In this document: positions 1 to 9,054 of the stretch, piece by piece
How positions within the stretch are numbered: position 1 is the first letter of the stretch
Layout: the number at the start of each line of letters is the position of its first letter
NCBI GenBank assembly: GCA_965247095.1
Contig: OZ251997.1
Location: 1,824,001-1,888,000, forward strand
From: Candidatus Multivorans sp.
GTDB taxonomy: Bacteria > Acidobacteriota > Thermoanaerobaculia > Multivoradales > Multivoraceae
Length of the DNA stretch: 64,000 nt
Direction: 5' to 3'
Notes under the pieces: model-generated
Seen by the model: the letters and a program-made list of their open reading frames with translations, nothing else
Told to the model about the DNA's origin: nothing
The model's database searches: none
Translations under genes and position numbers: made by a program

Positions 1-322
1 AGTCGCCGTCCAGGAACGCGACGATCTGCGGCGGCCCGGTCCGGCGCACGTGATCGAGCGCCGCCAGGCAGGCGCTGCCGTAGCCCTGGACCGGCGCCGG
101 CACGACCTCGGCGCCCGCTTGCCGTGCCCGAACGGCCGTCGCGTCGCGCGAGTTGTTGTCGGCGACGACGACCCGGCGCACGAGGCCCGGCGGGATGTCC
201 GCGAGCACCAGCCCGATCGAATCCTCCTCGTTGTACGCCGGGATGACGACGTCGATCACGGCGGCGCCGGTCTCGGGCGCCGGCGCCGCGGCCCTCCGGT
301 CGGCCGGCGTGTCGCCGGTCAC
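1..322 (-). CDS. Glycosyltransferase family 2 (N-terminal part, runs off window)
   Basis: Manual translation: VIDVVIPAYNEEDSIGLVLADIP...VVVADNNSRDAT...QGYGSACLAAL...IVAFLDGD; GTG start overlaps the TGA of the upstream gene. Confidence 0.9.
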   Translation of the reverse strand, partial: MTGDTPADRRAAAPAPETGAAVIDVVIPAYNEEDSIGLVLADIPPGLVRRVVVADNNSRDATAVRARQAGAEVVPAPVQGYGSACLAALDHVRRTGPPQIVAFLDGD

Positions 323-1185
323 AGCGTGACGCCGAAGCGGTTCCGCAGCGCGAACGCCAGCGCGATCGAGAGCACAAGGAACGCGATCAGCCAGTGGACG
401 TCGAAGAGACCGAAGAACGAGATCGAGGCGGTCGGATACTGGACATCGATCCGCTCGACCGGCCCGTCCCCGGGAAGCGACGGCTCCGCCGGATAGAGCA
501 ACTGGTCGAGGATCGCCGCCCGCCGCCGCGTCGGCGAACGGCGGACCCAGCGCGCGCCGCCCTCCGGGGCCTCAACGAAGAGGCTCTTGGTGAACTCCCC
601 GCCGCCCGTGCGTAGGACCAGCTCGTGATGTCCCGGTTCAAGGGCGCGCAGCCGCCAGACGACCTGGCGCAGGCTCGGCACCCACACCGCCGGCGTTTCC
701 ACCGCGACGCCCGGCGGCGTCTCGAGGTCGACCCCCGGCCGCGGCGCCGCTTCGCCGTCGGCCGCCGGTTCCGAAACCGGCCCTGCCAGATCGACGGTCA
801 AGAGTGTTCGCTCGCCGACCTCCAGCCCGTCGTAGCCGTAGTGGAACTGGAGCTGGGCGATCACCAGCATGAAGGGCACGATCATCCACAACAGCGGCAC
901 GAGGTTGAGCCGCAGGTAGGTCAGGTTCTCGCGCAGCAGCCGCAGTTGGGCTGCCAGCACCGCGCGCAGGTCGTCGTTGAACAGCCGCACCTCGAGCAGG
1001 TTCGCGAACAGGCGCCGTTTGACCAGGGCCAGGGCCTCCTGGTTCGAGGTCCAGCGGTAGACCAGCAACGCGAAGATGCCCGACACCAGCGCGACCAGCG
1101 TCACCGGCACGATCGGCGGCAGGGCCGCGAAGGGCCCGAGCAGCAGGTCGAAGACGGCCCTGAGAGCAGCGTTGACGAAGGACAT
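319..1185 (-). CDS. Hypothetical multi-pass membrane protein
   Basis: 288 aa ORF with hydrophobic segments at both ends and a soluble loop; co-oriented in operon. Confidence 0.8.
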   Translation of the reverse strand: MSFVNAALRAVFDLLLGPFAALPPIVPVTLVALVSGIFALLVYRWTSNQEALALVKRRLFANLLEVRLFNDDLRAVLAAQLRLLRENLTYLRLNLVPLLWMIVPFMLVIAQLQFHYGYDGLEVGERTLLTVDLAGPVSEPAADGEAAPRPGVDLETPPGVAVETPAVWVPSLRQVVWRLRALEPGHHELVLRTGGGEFTKSLFVEAPEGGARWVRRSPTRRRAAILDQLLYPAEPSLPGDGPVERIDVQYPTASISFFGLFDVHWLIAFLVLSIALAFALRNRFGVTL

Positions 1186-1215
1186 TGGAAGCGGAGGCGG
1201 GACCGGTGATGGCCG

Positions 1216-1410
1216 CTAGGAGATGTACCCGAGGCCGCGGAGCCGCTTCTCGATCTCCTCCCTCGACTCGGCGCCCTCGAGCTTGGCCAGTTCTTTCTCC
1301 AGCGCGTGGGTGATGAACTCCTCGACCGACGAGTAGCCCGCGATGTCGCTGTAGCGCTTCACCCGCGCGATGAGTTCCTTGTCGAGCTTGACTTTGCCGC
1401 CGCCAAACAT
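1216..1410 (-). CDS. Small RHH/CopG-like protein with C-terminal IEKRLRGLGYIS motif
   Basis: 64 aa ORF, GGAGAAG RBS upstream, GYSSVEEFITHAL helix pattern. Confidence 0.75.
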   Translation of the reverse strand: MFGGGKVKLDKELIARVKRYSDIAGYSSVEEFITHALEKELAKLEGAESREEIEKRLRGLGYIS

Positions 1411-1437
1411 GCTTCTTCTCCTTCGCTGCCGTTGTGG

Positions 1438-3462
1438 CTACGAACCGCCGGATGCGGGCGAGACGCCCGCTGCCGCCGGCGGGAACTGCCCCAGGCCGTA
1501 CTCGGCCAGGATCGAGGCGGCGAGGTCGGTGATGCCCCGGGCCGGACGGTCGAGCGGCCGGCTGACCAGCAGCACCCCCGGCACGACCAGGTGGTCCATC
1601 ATGTGGTCGCCGCTCCAGGCGCTGTCGTTGTCGGTGAACACCTCGCCGACAACGCTCCCCGATGCCGATTCCGTCGCGCCCCGGTAGCCCTTGGCGTAAC
1701 CGACGATCAGGTCGGGACCGATCGGGCTCTGGTCCTGGAACGCGAAGTCGTCCCGACGCTGGACCTCAGTGACCGCGTTCTCGCCGGTTTCCGGATCGAC
1801 CGCCGCCAGCAGTTCCGTTCTCAGTTCCTCGATCAGTTCGAGCCGCTCCGCCGCCGTCACGATGCCGTCCCGCTCGCGGCCGCGCAGGTTGACGTAGAGA
1901 CCCGAGAAGCCGATGCCGTAGGCCCGGGTGCGTCCCCAGTCGGCGTTCGCCAGGAAACCGGGGTCGGCGTATGGATCCGGGTTCTTGGCCGCCAAGTAGC
2001 CCTTCTCAAGCAGCCAGGCATTGAGGTGGAAGGCCCGACGCCAGGAGGCGAACCCGTGGTCCGACATGACGATGAGCAGGGGCTCTTCACCGCCGCCGTC
2101 GCCGAGGCCGGCTTCGGCTTCGAGACGATCCAGCGTCTGTCCGACGATCGCGTCGAGTCCCTCATACAGGCTCGGGATCAGGTCGGCATCGGCGGCGTCG
2201 ACCTCCGGGTCGTAGGCCGGGTGGTCCGGATCGCGCGAACGCCAGCGCACGTGGCCGATCTGGTCGACGTTGCCGAAGTAGTAGAAGAGCAGGCCCCCCG
2301 GCTGCTCCAGGTACTGGTCCAGCACGTAGCCGTACTGCTCAGAGACCTCCTCGCCGGCGATCTTCGCCTGGGCCAGGAACTCCTCCGGAGTGAAGACGCC
2401 GTCGGTCAGCGTCTTCGTGTCCTCCGGCATGCCCTCGGTGTAGAAGCGGTCCACCGCTTCGGCGAGTTCCGCGGCGAAGTCCGGCGGCGTCGAGATGGGC
2501 GCCGCGGGCGCCATCGGATCGTGATCGATCGGACTCACGTAGAGCTCGAATTCCGGTTCGAGCGCCCGCAGGTACATGCGGCAGATGCCCCGCAGGTGCT
2601 GAGTCGGCATCATCTCGAAATCGACCTCGAGCCAGTCGCTCCACTCCCCCACCCGGAGCACGATCTGCTGGTCGCCGACCTCGATCTTGGCGCTCTCGGT
2701 TTCCGGATCGAGGTAGACCGTGAAGGGGGCCGTCAACTGCTTCGGCTCACGCAGCAGCGGGTTGTCGGGTCCCAGCAGTTCGGCCTCGACGACGTTGTCG
2801 TAGATGTCCAACTCGACGATGTCGCCGCCGGTGATGTCCTGGTCCGCGAATGCGAACAGCTCCGAGGTGTAGAAGGTGAACCAGCCCTCCGTGCCGCGGA
2901 CATCCGTCGTGCCCATGCCCGAGAGTTCGCGGCTTGCCGTGCCCGAGACCGGGAAGTTGGCCGGCATGCGGATGATCTGTGTCCGCACGCCGTGCTCCTC
3001 CAAGACCTCCCAGAACGGGGTGCCGTGCCGGAACTGCGTGTAGTCGCCGCTCGTGAGCGGGAACTGCCAGCGCCCCACCTTCAGGGAACGGCCGTCCGAC
3101 GACGATCCAGCGGTCGAAGAGTACGGAAACATCGTCTCCGGGTCGCGGTGCAGAAAGTCGAAGATGCCGTGACCGCCGGGGTCCATGCCGGTGATGAAAC
3201 TCGACCAGGCGACCGGGCTGTGCGGCGGAATCGTCGTCTCGAGCGGCGTGAAGCCCCCCATGGCTTCCAGGCGGGCGAAGTTCGGCAGTCGGCCCTCGTC
3301 GATCAACTGGCGGGTGAGCGCGTAGTCGAGGCCGTCGAAGCCGAGGACGACGACCTTCGGCCCCTCGGACGGGCCTACTCCCCGGTCGCCACAGCCGAGA
3401 AGCAGCCCCGAGCCGACCAGCGCCGCTGCCGTCAACGCCGCAGTCTTCATGAATCGGTTCAC
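1438..3462 (-). CDS. Alkaline phosphatase superfamily / nucleotide pyrophosphatase-phosphodiesterase, predicted lipoprotein
   Basis: GFDGLD, PPHSPVAWSSF, DQIGH, MSDHGF, WSGDH motifs; lipobox-like LLLGC. Confidence 0.85.
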   Translation of the reverse strand: MNRFMKTAALTAAALVGSGLLLGCGDRGVGPSEGPKVVVLGFDGLDYALTRQLIDEGRLPNFARLEAMGGFTPLETTIPPHSPVAWSSFITGMDPGGHGIFDFLHRDPETMFPYSSTAGSSSDGRSLKVGRWQFPLTSGDYTQFRHGTPFWEVLEEHGVRTQIIRMPANFPVSGTASRELSGMGTTDVRGTEGWFTFYTSELFAFADQDITGGDIVELDIYDNVVEAELLGPDNPLLREPKQLTAPFTVYLDPETESAKIEVGDQQIVLRVGEWSDWLEVDFEMMPTQHLRGICRMYLRALEPEFELYVSPIDHDPMAPAAPISTPPDFAAELAEAVDRFYTEGMPEDTKTLTDGVFTPEEFLAQAKIAGEEVSEQYGYVLDQYLEQPGGLLFYYFGNVDQIGHVRWRSRDPDHPAYDPEVDAADADLIPSLYEGLDAIVGQTLDRLEAEAGLGDGGGEEPLLIVMSDHGFASWRRAFHLNAWLLEKGYLAAKNPDPYADPGFLANADWGRTRAYGIGFSGLYVNLRGRERDGIVTAAERLELIEELRTELLAAVDPETGENAVTEVQRRDDFAFQDQSPIGPDLIVGYAKGYRGATESASGSVVGEVFTDNDSAWSGDHMMDHLVVPGVLLVSRPLDRPARGITDLAASILAEYGLGQFPPAAAGVSPASGGS
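1446..1470. repeat. REP-like palindrome family A, inside a CDS 3' end
   Basis: cgccggatgcgggcgagacgcccgc. Confidence 0.6.
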
Positions 3463-5609
3463 GCCGCGGCTCCCTCCGCGCGGCTGCCGCCTGCTGCCGC
3501 GAGATCGAAGACCGACCGACCCTCCATGTAGTCCGGCTTGTCGACGCCGAACAGCGCCAGAGCGGTGGGCGCCATGTCGAGCAGGGAGAGATCGTCATCC
3601 CGGTCGACCGGCCGGCTGCTGAAGAACACGCCGGGCACGAGACTTGGATCGACGCAGTGGTCGCCGCTCCAGGCCTTCGTGTTGTCCGCGAACACCGGGC
3701 CCGCGACCACGCCGACGGCGCAGTCCCAGGACACGCGGTAGCCGTCGTTGTAGCCGATGATGAGGTCGGGGGCATTGCCCTTGTAGGGACCGGTGTACAG
3801 GTCCTCGGAGTCGAACGCGGCATTGATGCCGACCGCGGCCCGCTCCTCGTCGCGCAGACCGTTCCAGGCCGAGACGAGTTCGCCCTTGAGCGCCCGCGCC
3901 TCGTCGCCCGGTTCCACGATGCCGGAGGCCTCGCGGCCCTTGAGATTCAGGAACACGCCGGCGAGACCGAGCGCGTAGGCCCGCGTGCGCGACCAGTCGA
4001 CGCCCTCCAACCATTCCTCGCTGCCGTCGGCGTCCTCGCGCAGCACCAGGTAGCCGTGGTCGAGCAGCCAGCGGTTCAGGTTGACGCCGCGCCGGAAGGA
4101 GGCGAAGCCGTGGTCGGAGAGCACGATCAGGAGATCGTCGTCGCCGAGTTTCTCCATCACCCGCCCGACCAGAGCGTCGTTGTGACGGTAGTGCTCTTCG
4201 ATCGCGTGGCGGTGCTTGCCGCCGTTCCCGCCCTTGGCCGCCGGATGGCCGTTCTCCATGTAGCGCCAGAACATGTGCTGGATGCGGTCGGTGGCGTCGA
4301 ACACGCAGGTCAAACTCCCCTGCCGCAGACGCTCCAGAGCGGCAAAGAACATCTCCTCGCGCTCGCGGTCGATGTCGTACGCCTGCTGGAGGAAGGTCGC
4401 GTCGTCGGTCACGCCCTCGTTGAGCGCGGTGGTGTCCTCCGCGAGACCGAGCGTGGCGAAGTCGCCGAGGCGCTTGGCCAGGTACGGCGCGTAGTAGGAG
4501 GGGTGCGAGATCGGCATCGCCGGCTTCTCGGGGTCGATGTGGATCGCGGTCAGGTACAGGGAGGTGTGCTTGCCGGCCTCGGTCAGCATCATCCGGGTCA
4601 GGCCGTGGACCTTGACCCCAGGCGCGGCCCGGAACTCCAGCCGCACCCAGGCGGAGAGCTCTCCACGCTTGAGTTCGACCGTCTCGCCCGCCACCGTCAC
4701 CGTCGCCGACTCGGACTTCCGGTCAACCCGCACCGTCATCGGCACACGCAGCGGCGGCGGCGGGTCACCCTCGAGGAAGCTGTTCTCGGGCCCCTCGACC
4801 ACGCAGTCGAAGTGGTCGGGGCCGGCGCCGTTCGAGGCCAGCGGCACGCGCACGCCGCCCTCCCGGATCGTCTCGTTCGCCGGACGCGTCGTGTAGAGCA
4901 GGAAGGTGCCCTGGCTGCCGACCAGGTCCGGCACGCACATCGCCGCCAACTGGGCGCCGTAGAAGCGGTCCGGCGGGAAGGTGATCGGAACCCGGAGCAC
5001 GGTGCTCCAGACGTTCCGTTCGCCCAGCACGGTCCAGAACGGCTTCGACCGCCGGAGCAGGCGAATCTCCGGCTTCTGCAGCGGGATCTTCCACTTGCCG
5101 AGCTTCAGGAACCGCTCCACGCGGCCGATGTGGGCCGAGGACAGCTTCGGCAGGTAGCTGCGCAGGTCGCGGTCGAGGAAGTCGAAGATGTTGTGCTTGC
5201 CTGGATTGGCGCCGGTCGCGAACGTCGACCAGGCGACCGGCGACAGCGCCGGGTAGGTGCTGGCGATCCGCCGGTAGCTTCCCTGCCCGCTGAGGCGCTT
5301 GAAGTTGGGCAGCTTGCCCTCCTTCATCATGCGTTCCGTCAGCCGCGGATCCTGGCCGTCGAGACCGACGAAGACCAGCCGCTTCACATGCGCCTTCGGC
5401 GGCTTCTTCCGCCGGATGACCCGCCACAGCGTCCGCACCGGCCAGGCCAGAAGCGAGACGAACGCCAACGCCACCGTCGCCAGCAGCACCAGGAACGACG
5501 ACATGAGCGCGAACCCTGCCCCCGGGCCGATGTAGGCAGCCGCCGGCGCCGCCGCGAAGAGCGCCGCAAGGAGCGCCGGCGCGAGGGTGCTTGGACGCAA
5601 AGCTGGCAT
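3459..5609 (-). CDS. Alkaline phosphatase superfamily / nucleotide pyrophosphatase-phosphodiesterase, membrane-anchored
   Basis: GLDGQD, PALSPVAWSTF, DRIQH, LSDHGF, WSGDH; signal peptide + AYIGPGAG + TM helix; ATG 5609 with GGAGAA RBS. Confidence 0.85.
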   Translation of the reverse strand: MPALRPSTLAPALLAALFAAAPAAAYIGPGAGFALMSSFLVLLATVALAFVSLLAWPVRTLWRVIRRKKPPKAHVKRLVFVGLDGQDPRLTERMMKEGKLPNFKRLSGQGSYRRIASTYPALSPVAWSTFATGANPGKHNIFDFLDRDLRSYLPKLSSAHIGRVERFLKLGKWKIPLQKPEIRLLRRSKPFWTVLGERNVWSTVLRVPITFPPDRFYGAQLAAMCVPDLVGSQGTFLLYTTRPANETIREGGVRVPLASNGAGPDHFDCVVEGPENSFLEGDPPPPLRVPMTVRVDRKSESATVTVAGETVELKRGELSAWVRLEFRAAPGVKVHGLTRMMLTEAGKHTSLYLTAIHIDPEKPAMPISHPSYYAPYLAKRLGDFATLGLAEDTTALNEGVTDDATFLQQAYDIDREREEMFFAALERLRQGSLTCVFDATDRIQHMFWRYMENGHPAAKGGNGGKHRHAIEEHYRHNDALVGRVMEKLGDDDLLIVLSDHGFASFRRGVNLNRWLLDHGYLVLREDADGSEEWLEGVDWSRTRAYALGLAGVFLNLKGREASGIVEPGDEARALKGELVSAWNGLRDEERAAVGINAAFDSEDLYTGPYKGNAPDLIIGYNDGYRVSWDCAVGVVAGPVFADNTKAWSGDHCVDPSLVPGVFFSSRPVDRDDDLSLLDMAPTALALFGVDKPDYMEGRSVFDLAAAGGSRAEGAAA

Positions 5610-5783
5610 GTTCTCCGGATTCCAGATGGTCGTGGCTGAACCGAGAGCCGGCGCTCCCCGATCGGTCGTCTTGGCGCGGCTCGACGCGGACCGGCATTCT
5701 ATCCGCGCCAGCAACGCTGAACCGATCAACTGCATCGTGCACCAGCTTGCCCATACTCGGCTAGCTGGCTAGTATGGGTCGCC

Positions 5784-6023
5784 ATGAAGACCACGGTCGA
5801 GATCCACGATGTCTTGCTCGAACGAGCCAAACGCCATGCGAAGGCCACTGGCCAGCCGTTGCGTGCCGTGATCGAAGATGGCCTCCGGCAACTGCTGGCG
5901 AAGCCCAAGCCGACAACGAAGTACCGGATGAAGGACGCACGTTACGGGAATCCTGGAGACCCCGACCCACTGAGCCGCTATTCCTGGGACGAAGTCCTCG
6001 ACATCATCTACGGTGGCAGATAG
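5784..6023 (+). CDS. vapB: VapB-type antitoxin (RHH)
   Basis: MKTTVEIHDVLLERAKRHA; directly upstream of a PIN toxin. Confidence 0.8.
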   Translation: MKTTVEIHDVLLERAKRHAKATGQPLRAVIEDGLRQLLAKPKPTTKYRMKDARYGNPGDPDPLSRYSWDEVLDIIYGGR

Positions 6024-6028
6024 CGCCG

Positions 6029-6469
6029 TTGATCGCTCTGGACACGAATCTCCTCGTGTACGCACACCGGTTCGACAGCGAGGTCAACGAAGAAGCGCTG
6101 GCAGTAGTCCAAGGCTACGCCGAAGGCGACGAGCCATGGGCCATCCCGTGGCCCTGCTGCTGCGAGTTCCTGAGCGTGGTGACGAACCGTCGGCTCTGGC
6201 GCCGGACCGCGACACCGATGGAGGCGGCCTGGCGTCAACTGCAGATCTGGGCCTCGTCCCCATCCGTCCGCCTCCTCGCCGAGACGGAGGACTTCCTTCC
6301 CGTCTTTGGTCGCCTGGTGGCGCATCCGCGGATCACCGGTCCGAGGGTCCACGACGCCCGTATCGCCGCGATCTGCATTGCGCACGGGGTGAGCGAACTC
6401 CTGACCCGCGACCGTGACTTCGCCCACTTTCACGAGTTGCGCGTCCGAGATCCGCTCGTAGCGGCTTGA
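6029..6469 (+). CDS. vapC: VapC PIN-domain toxin
   Basis: IALDTNLLVYAH...EFLSVVT...VHDARIAA...LLTRDRDF; TTG start. Confidence 0.9.
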   Translation: MIALDTNLLVYAHRFDSEVNEEALAVVQGYAEGDEPWAIPWPCCCEFLSVVTNRRLWRRTATPMEAAWRQLQIWASSPSVRLLAETEDFLPVFGRLVAHPRITGPRVHDARIAAICIAHGVSELLTRDRDFAHFHELRVRDPLVAA

Positions 6470-7089
6470 TGACGGCCGTTACCCGAGTCTGGCGCCGGCT
6501 CCGCTACGGCCGGCCGATCGTCGTCGTCTCCGGCCTGCCGCGGTCGGGCACGTCAATGGCGATGAAGATGCTCGAGGCCGGCGGGATGCAGATCGTGACC
6601 GACGGCGAGCGGGAAGCGGACGCGGACAACCCGCGCGGCTACTACGAGGACGAACGGGTCAAGGACCTCTCCAAAGCAACCGACAAGGCATGGCTGCGGG
6701 CATCACGCGGCCGCGCGGTCAAGGTCATCTCCTTCCTGCTGAAGGACCTGCCACCGAACCTGAACTACAAGGTCATCTTCATGCGCCGCGACCTCAGCGA
6801 AGTGCTGGCCTCCCAGCGCAAGATGCTCGACCGGCGCGGCGAGACGGACGACACGCCGGACGAGCGAATGATCGAGCTCTGGCAGGACCAACTGTGGCGG
6901 GCGAACTATCTGCTACGCCACGGTCCCCAGTTCGAGTGGGTCGAGATCGGGTACCGCGACGCGCTGCAGGACCCCGCAGCGGCGGCGGCACGGATCAGCG
7001 CACTGGTCGACGGGCTGGATGAGCGGGCGATGGCTGAGGTGGTCGATCCCTCGCTGTACCGGAACCGGGCCCGAATCCAAGCTCCCTGA
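6469..7089 (+). CDS. Sulfotransferase family protein
   Basis: VVSGLPRSGTSMAM PAPS-binding loop, NPRGYYE, FMRRDLSEVLASQ. Confidence 0.85.
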   Translation: MTAVTRVWRRLRYGRPIVVVSGLPRSGTSMAMKMLEAGGMQIVTDGEREADADNPRGYYEDERVKDLSKATDKAWLRASRGRAVKVISFLLKDLPPNLNYKVIFMRRDLSEVLASQRKMLDRRGETDDTPDERMIELWQDQLWRANYLLRHGPQFEWVEIGYRDALQDPAAAAARISALVDGLDERAMAEVVDPSLYRNRARIQAP

Positions 7090-7260
7090 ACACCATCACC
7101 TGCTTGCATCTCGGGCAGGCGACGGTCCCTGATCGGCGGCTTCAGGCTGTCCCTCCGATCTGGCGCCCATAGCCGATCTGCTATCTTGACCCCGCCCCAG
7201 TCGCTCGCTGGCAGAGCAGGCGTCGACCGGTGGGCGCAACTGACGAGAAGGAGCACCGCG

Positions 7261-7926
7261 ATGCAGCACGGAATAGAACCGCGCTACCGCCTCGCGGAGG
7301 CAGCGACGATCATCGGGATGCCTACGCCCACGCTGCGGACTTGGTTCTGCGGATGGCCAAGCGGGAAGCCTCCAGTCTTGGTCCCTGATGGAGCCACCGA
7401 AAGCCCGCTGATCATCAGCTTCTTCAACGTGGTTGAGGCACGCTTCCTCAACGCCTATCGGCGGAGAGGTGTCTCCATGCAACGAGTCCGCCGGGCGTTG
7501 GACTTCGTCAGTGCACGGCTGCCCGGCTTCGAGCGGCCGCTCCTGAAGCCCGACTTTGAAACCGATGGAAAGGCCCTCTTTGTCGAACTGCAGGAAACCG
7601 GCAAAGCGCCCACACTCTTGGAGGCCAGCGGCGGCGGTCAACTCGTCTGGCCGGAGGCGGTTCAGAAGCACTTCCAGTCGCTCGACTTCGACGACCGTGG
7701 TGATCCCACTCGGCTGTGGCTGGATAACCGACGACAGGTGATGCTGGATCCGCGTTTCGGCTGGGGTTTGCCGGTCATCGCGGGATCCGGGGTCCGAACC
7801 GATGTCGTCTTCGAGCGCTTGGAAGCGGGCGAAGAGTTGGACACCATCGCCGAGGACTTCTCGGTCGAGCTGTCCGAGGTCGAAGCAGCCGTCGCTTGGG
7901 AACAAGCGGCCAGACGCGCGGCGTAG
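7261..7926 (+). CDS. HTH + DUF433 antitoxin (VapB45-like)
   Basis: N-terminal HTH (YRLAEAATIIGMPTPTLRTW), C-terminal LDPRFGWGLPVIAGSGVRT...AGEELDTIAEDF. Confidence 0.85.
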   Translation: MQHGIEPRYRLAEAATIIGMPTPTLRTWFCGWPSGKPPVLVPDGATESPLIISFFNVVEARFLNAYRRRGVSMQRVRRALDFVSARLPGFERPLLKPDFETDGKALFVELQETGKAPTLLEASGGGQLVWPEAVQKHFQSLDFDDRGDPTRLWLDNRRQVMLDPRFGWGLPVIAGSGVRTDVVFERLEAGEELDTIAEDFSVELSEVEAAVAWEQAARRAA

Positions 7927-7990
7927 ATCGCCCCGAGCGCTAGGCGGGCGATCTTCCATGCAGACTGCCCGGGACGACGACTGCGCCGGC

Positions 7991-8050
7991 GTGACGCTCT
8001 TCTTCGACCGCTCGGTTGGCAAGGCGGTACCCGAGGCCCTACGACCGACG
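7991..8050 (+). pseudogene. Truncated VapC45-like PIN toxin (N-terminal remnant)
   Basis: VTLFFDRSVGKAVPEALR just downstream of the DUF433 gene, then similarity ends. Confidence 0.6.
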
Positions 8051-8085
8051 GAACTCAGTTCAGGAACGCTGCCTGATCAAATCGC

Positions 8086-8500
8086 CTACCCACAGTTTTC
8101 GGCCCTATCTCCGATTTCTCGCATTTCTGGGCTCCCCTCAGGCGGAAGATAGAGTCTAAAGTCAAAGAAGCGTACTCTCTGCACGTCAGACATTGCGATC
8201 GCGATACGCATCTTGGCTACTTCGGCCGGCCAATCCTGATCTGGGCGCGCCTCAAGGCCCTCCTCCTCAGCTTGGGTGACCTCTTCGTCCTGCTTCGAGA
8301 GTTTGGCTAGGTGCTTCGCGTATCGCGACGTAAAGATCAGTTCTCCTCGGTCGTCCCGGTAACCGCTCAACAACGGGAGCAGGGCCAGTTCCGCGTCTTC
8401 CGCACCGCGTCTCGCGATTCCGCTGTCAAGTACGTACCCGACGTACGTCTTGTCATCGCGCAACGTGACTTCAATGAGATCGCCCTCTTCCTGCCCTCTC
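8086..8500 (-). pseudogene. 3' fragment of a hypothetical gene, 5' end removed at IS boundary
   Basis: Protein-like frame (LIEVTLRDDKTYVGYV...LLPLLSGYRD) abutting the IS left end at 8501. Confidence 0.6.
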
Positions 8501-8568
8501 TGCCAACGTACGTGACACAGCGGCCATCCCGTTGAATAGTGGAGGGCACACGTTGGCAAGGAGGATCA

Positions 8569-9054
8569 ATGTCAAGACGAGAGCAGAGGTTTGGCGGCGG
8601 CTCGGAGCTCCCGGCCGCGGGGGTTGAGGAGCGTAGCGACGAGGCCCCCGCGGCCGGCGCGGCGCCCGCCGGGGCGGTTCCCGACCCGGAAGTGCTGGCG
8701 AGACCGACCAGGCGGCAGTTCACGGCGGAGTACCGGCTGCGGATTCTGGAGGAAGCGGACCGATGCACCCACCGCGGCGAGGTGGGTCGGCTGCTGCGGC
8801 GAGAGGGTCTGTACAGCTCCCATCTGGCCAACTGGCGCAAGGCGCGGCGCGAGGGCGCGCTTTCCGGTCTGAGGCCGAAGAAGCGGGGCCGCAAGCCGAA
8901 CGAGGCCAACCCTCTGATGCCGAAGGTGAAGCGGCTGGAAGCGAAGGTCAAGCGTCTCGAGAGGGAAGTCGCCGCCGCGCACACGATCCTGGACGTCCAG
9001 GGAAAAGTTGCAGGGCTGCTGGGATTCAGCCTCGAAGACGGGAAGGACTGCTGA
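8569..9054 (+). CDS. IS3 transposase OrfA
   Basis: PDPEV...RRQFTAEYRLRILEEAD...LLRREGLYSSHLANWR. Confidence 0.9.
   Translation: MSRREQRFGGGSELPAAGVEERSDEAPAAGAAPAGAVPDPEVLARPTRRQFTAEYRLRILEEADRCTHRGEVGRLLRREGLYSSHLANWRKARREGALSGLRPKKRGRKPNEANPLMPKVKRLEAKVKRLEREVAAAHTILDVQGKVAGLLGFSLEDGKDC

Noticed and set aside
1306-5639. Long antisense ORFs (1306..3531, 3657..5639; also 19311..21080, 21413..23416, 36290..38209, 46261..48465)
   Set aside because: Shadow frames of real genes in high-GC DNA, with no recognisable motifs
8468-8495. ACTTCAATGAGATCGCC resembling the end of a type I-G CRISPR repeat next to the IS
   Set aside because: Single copy with no palindrome, and it lies inside a protein-like reading frame (GDLIEVTL)
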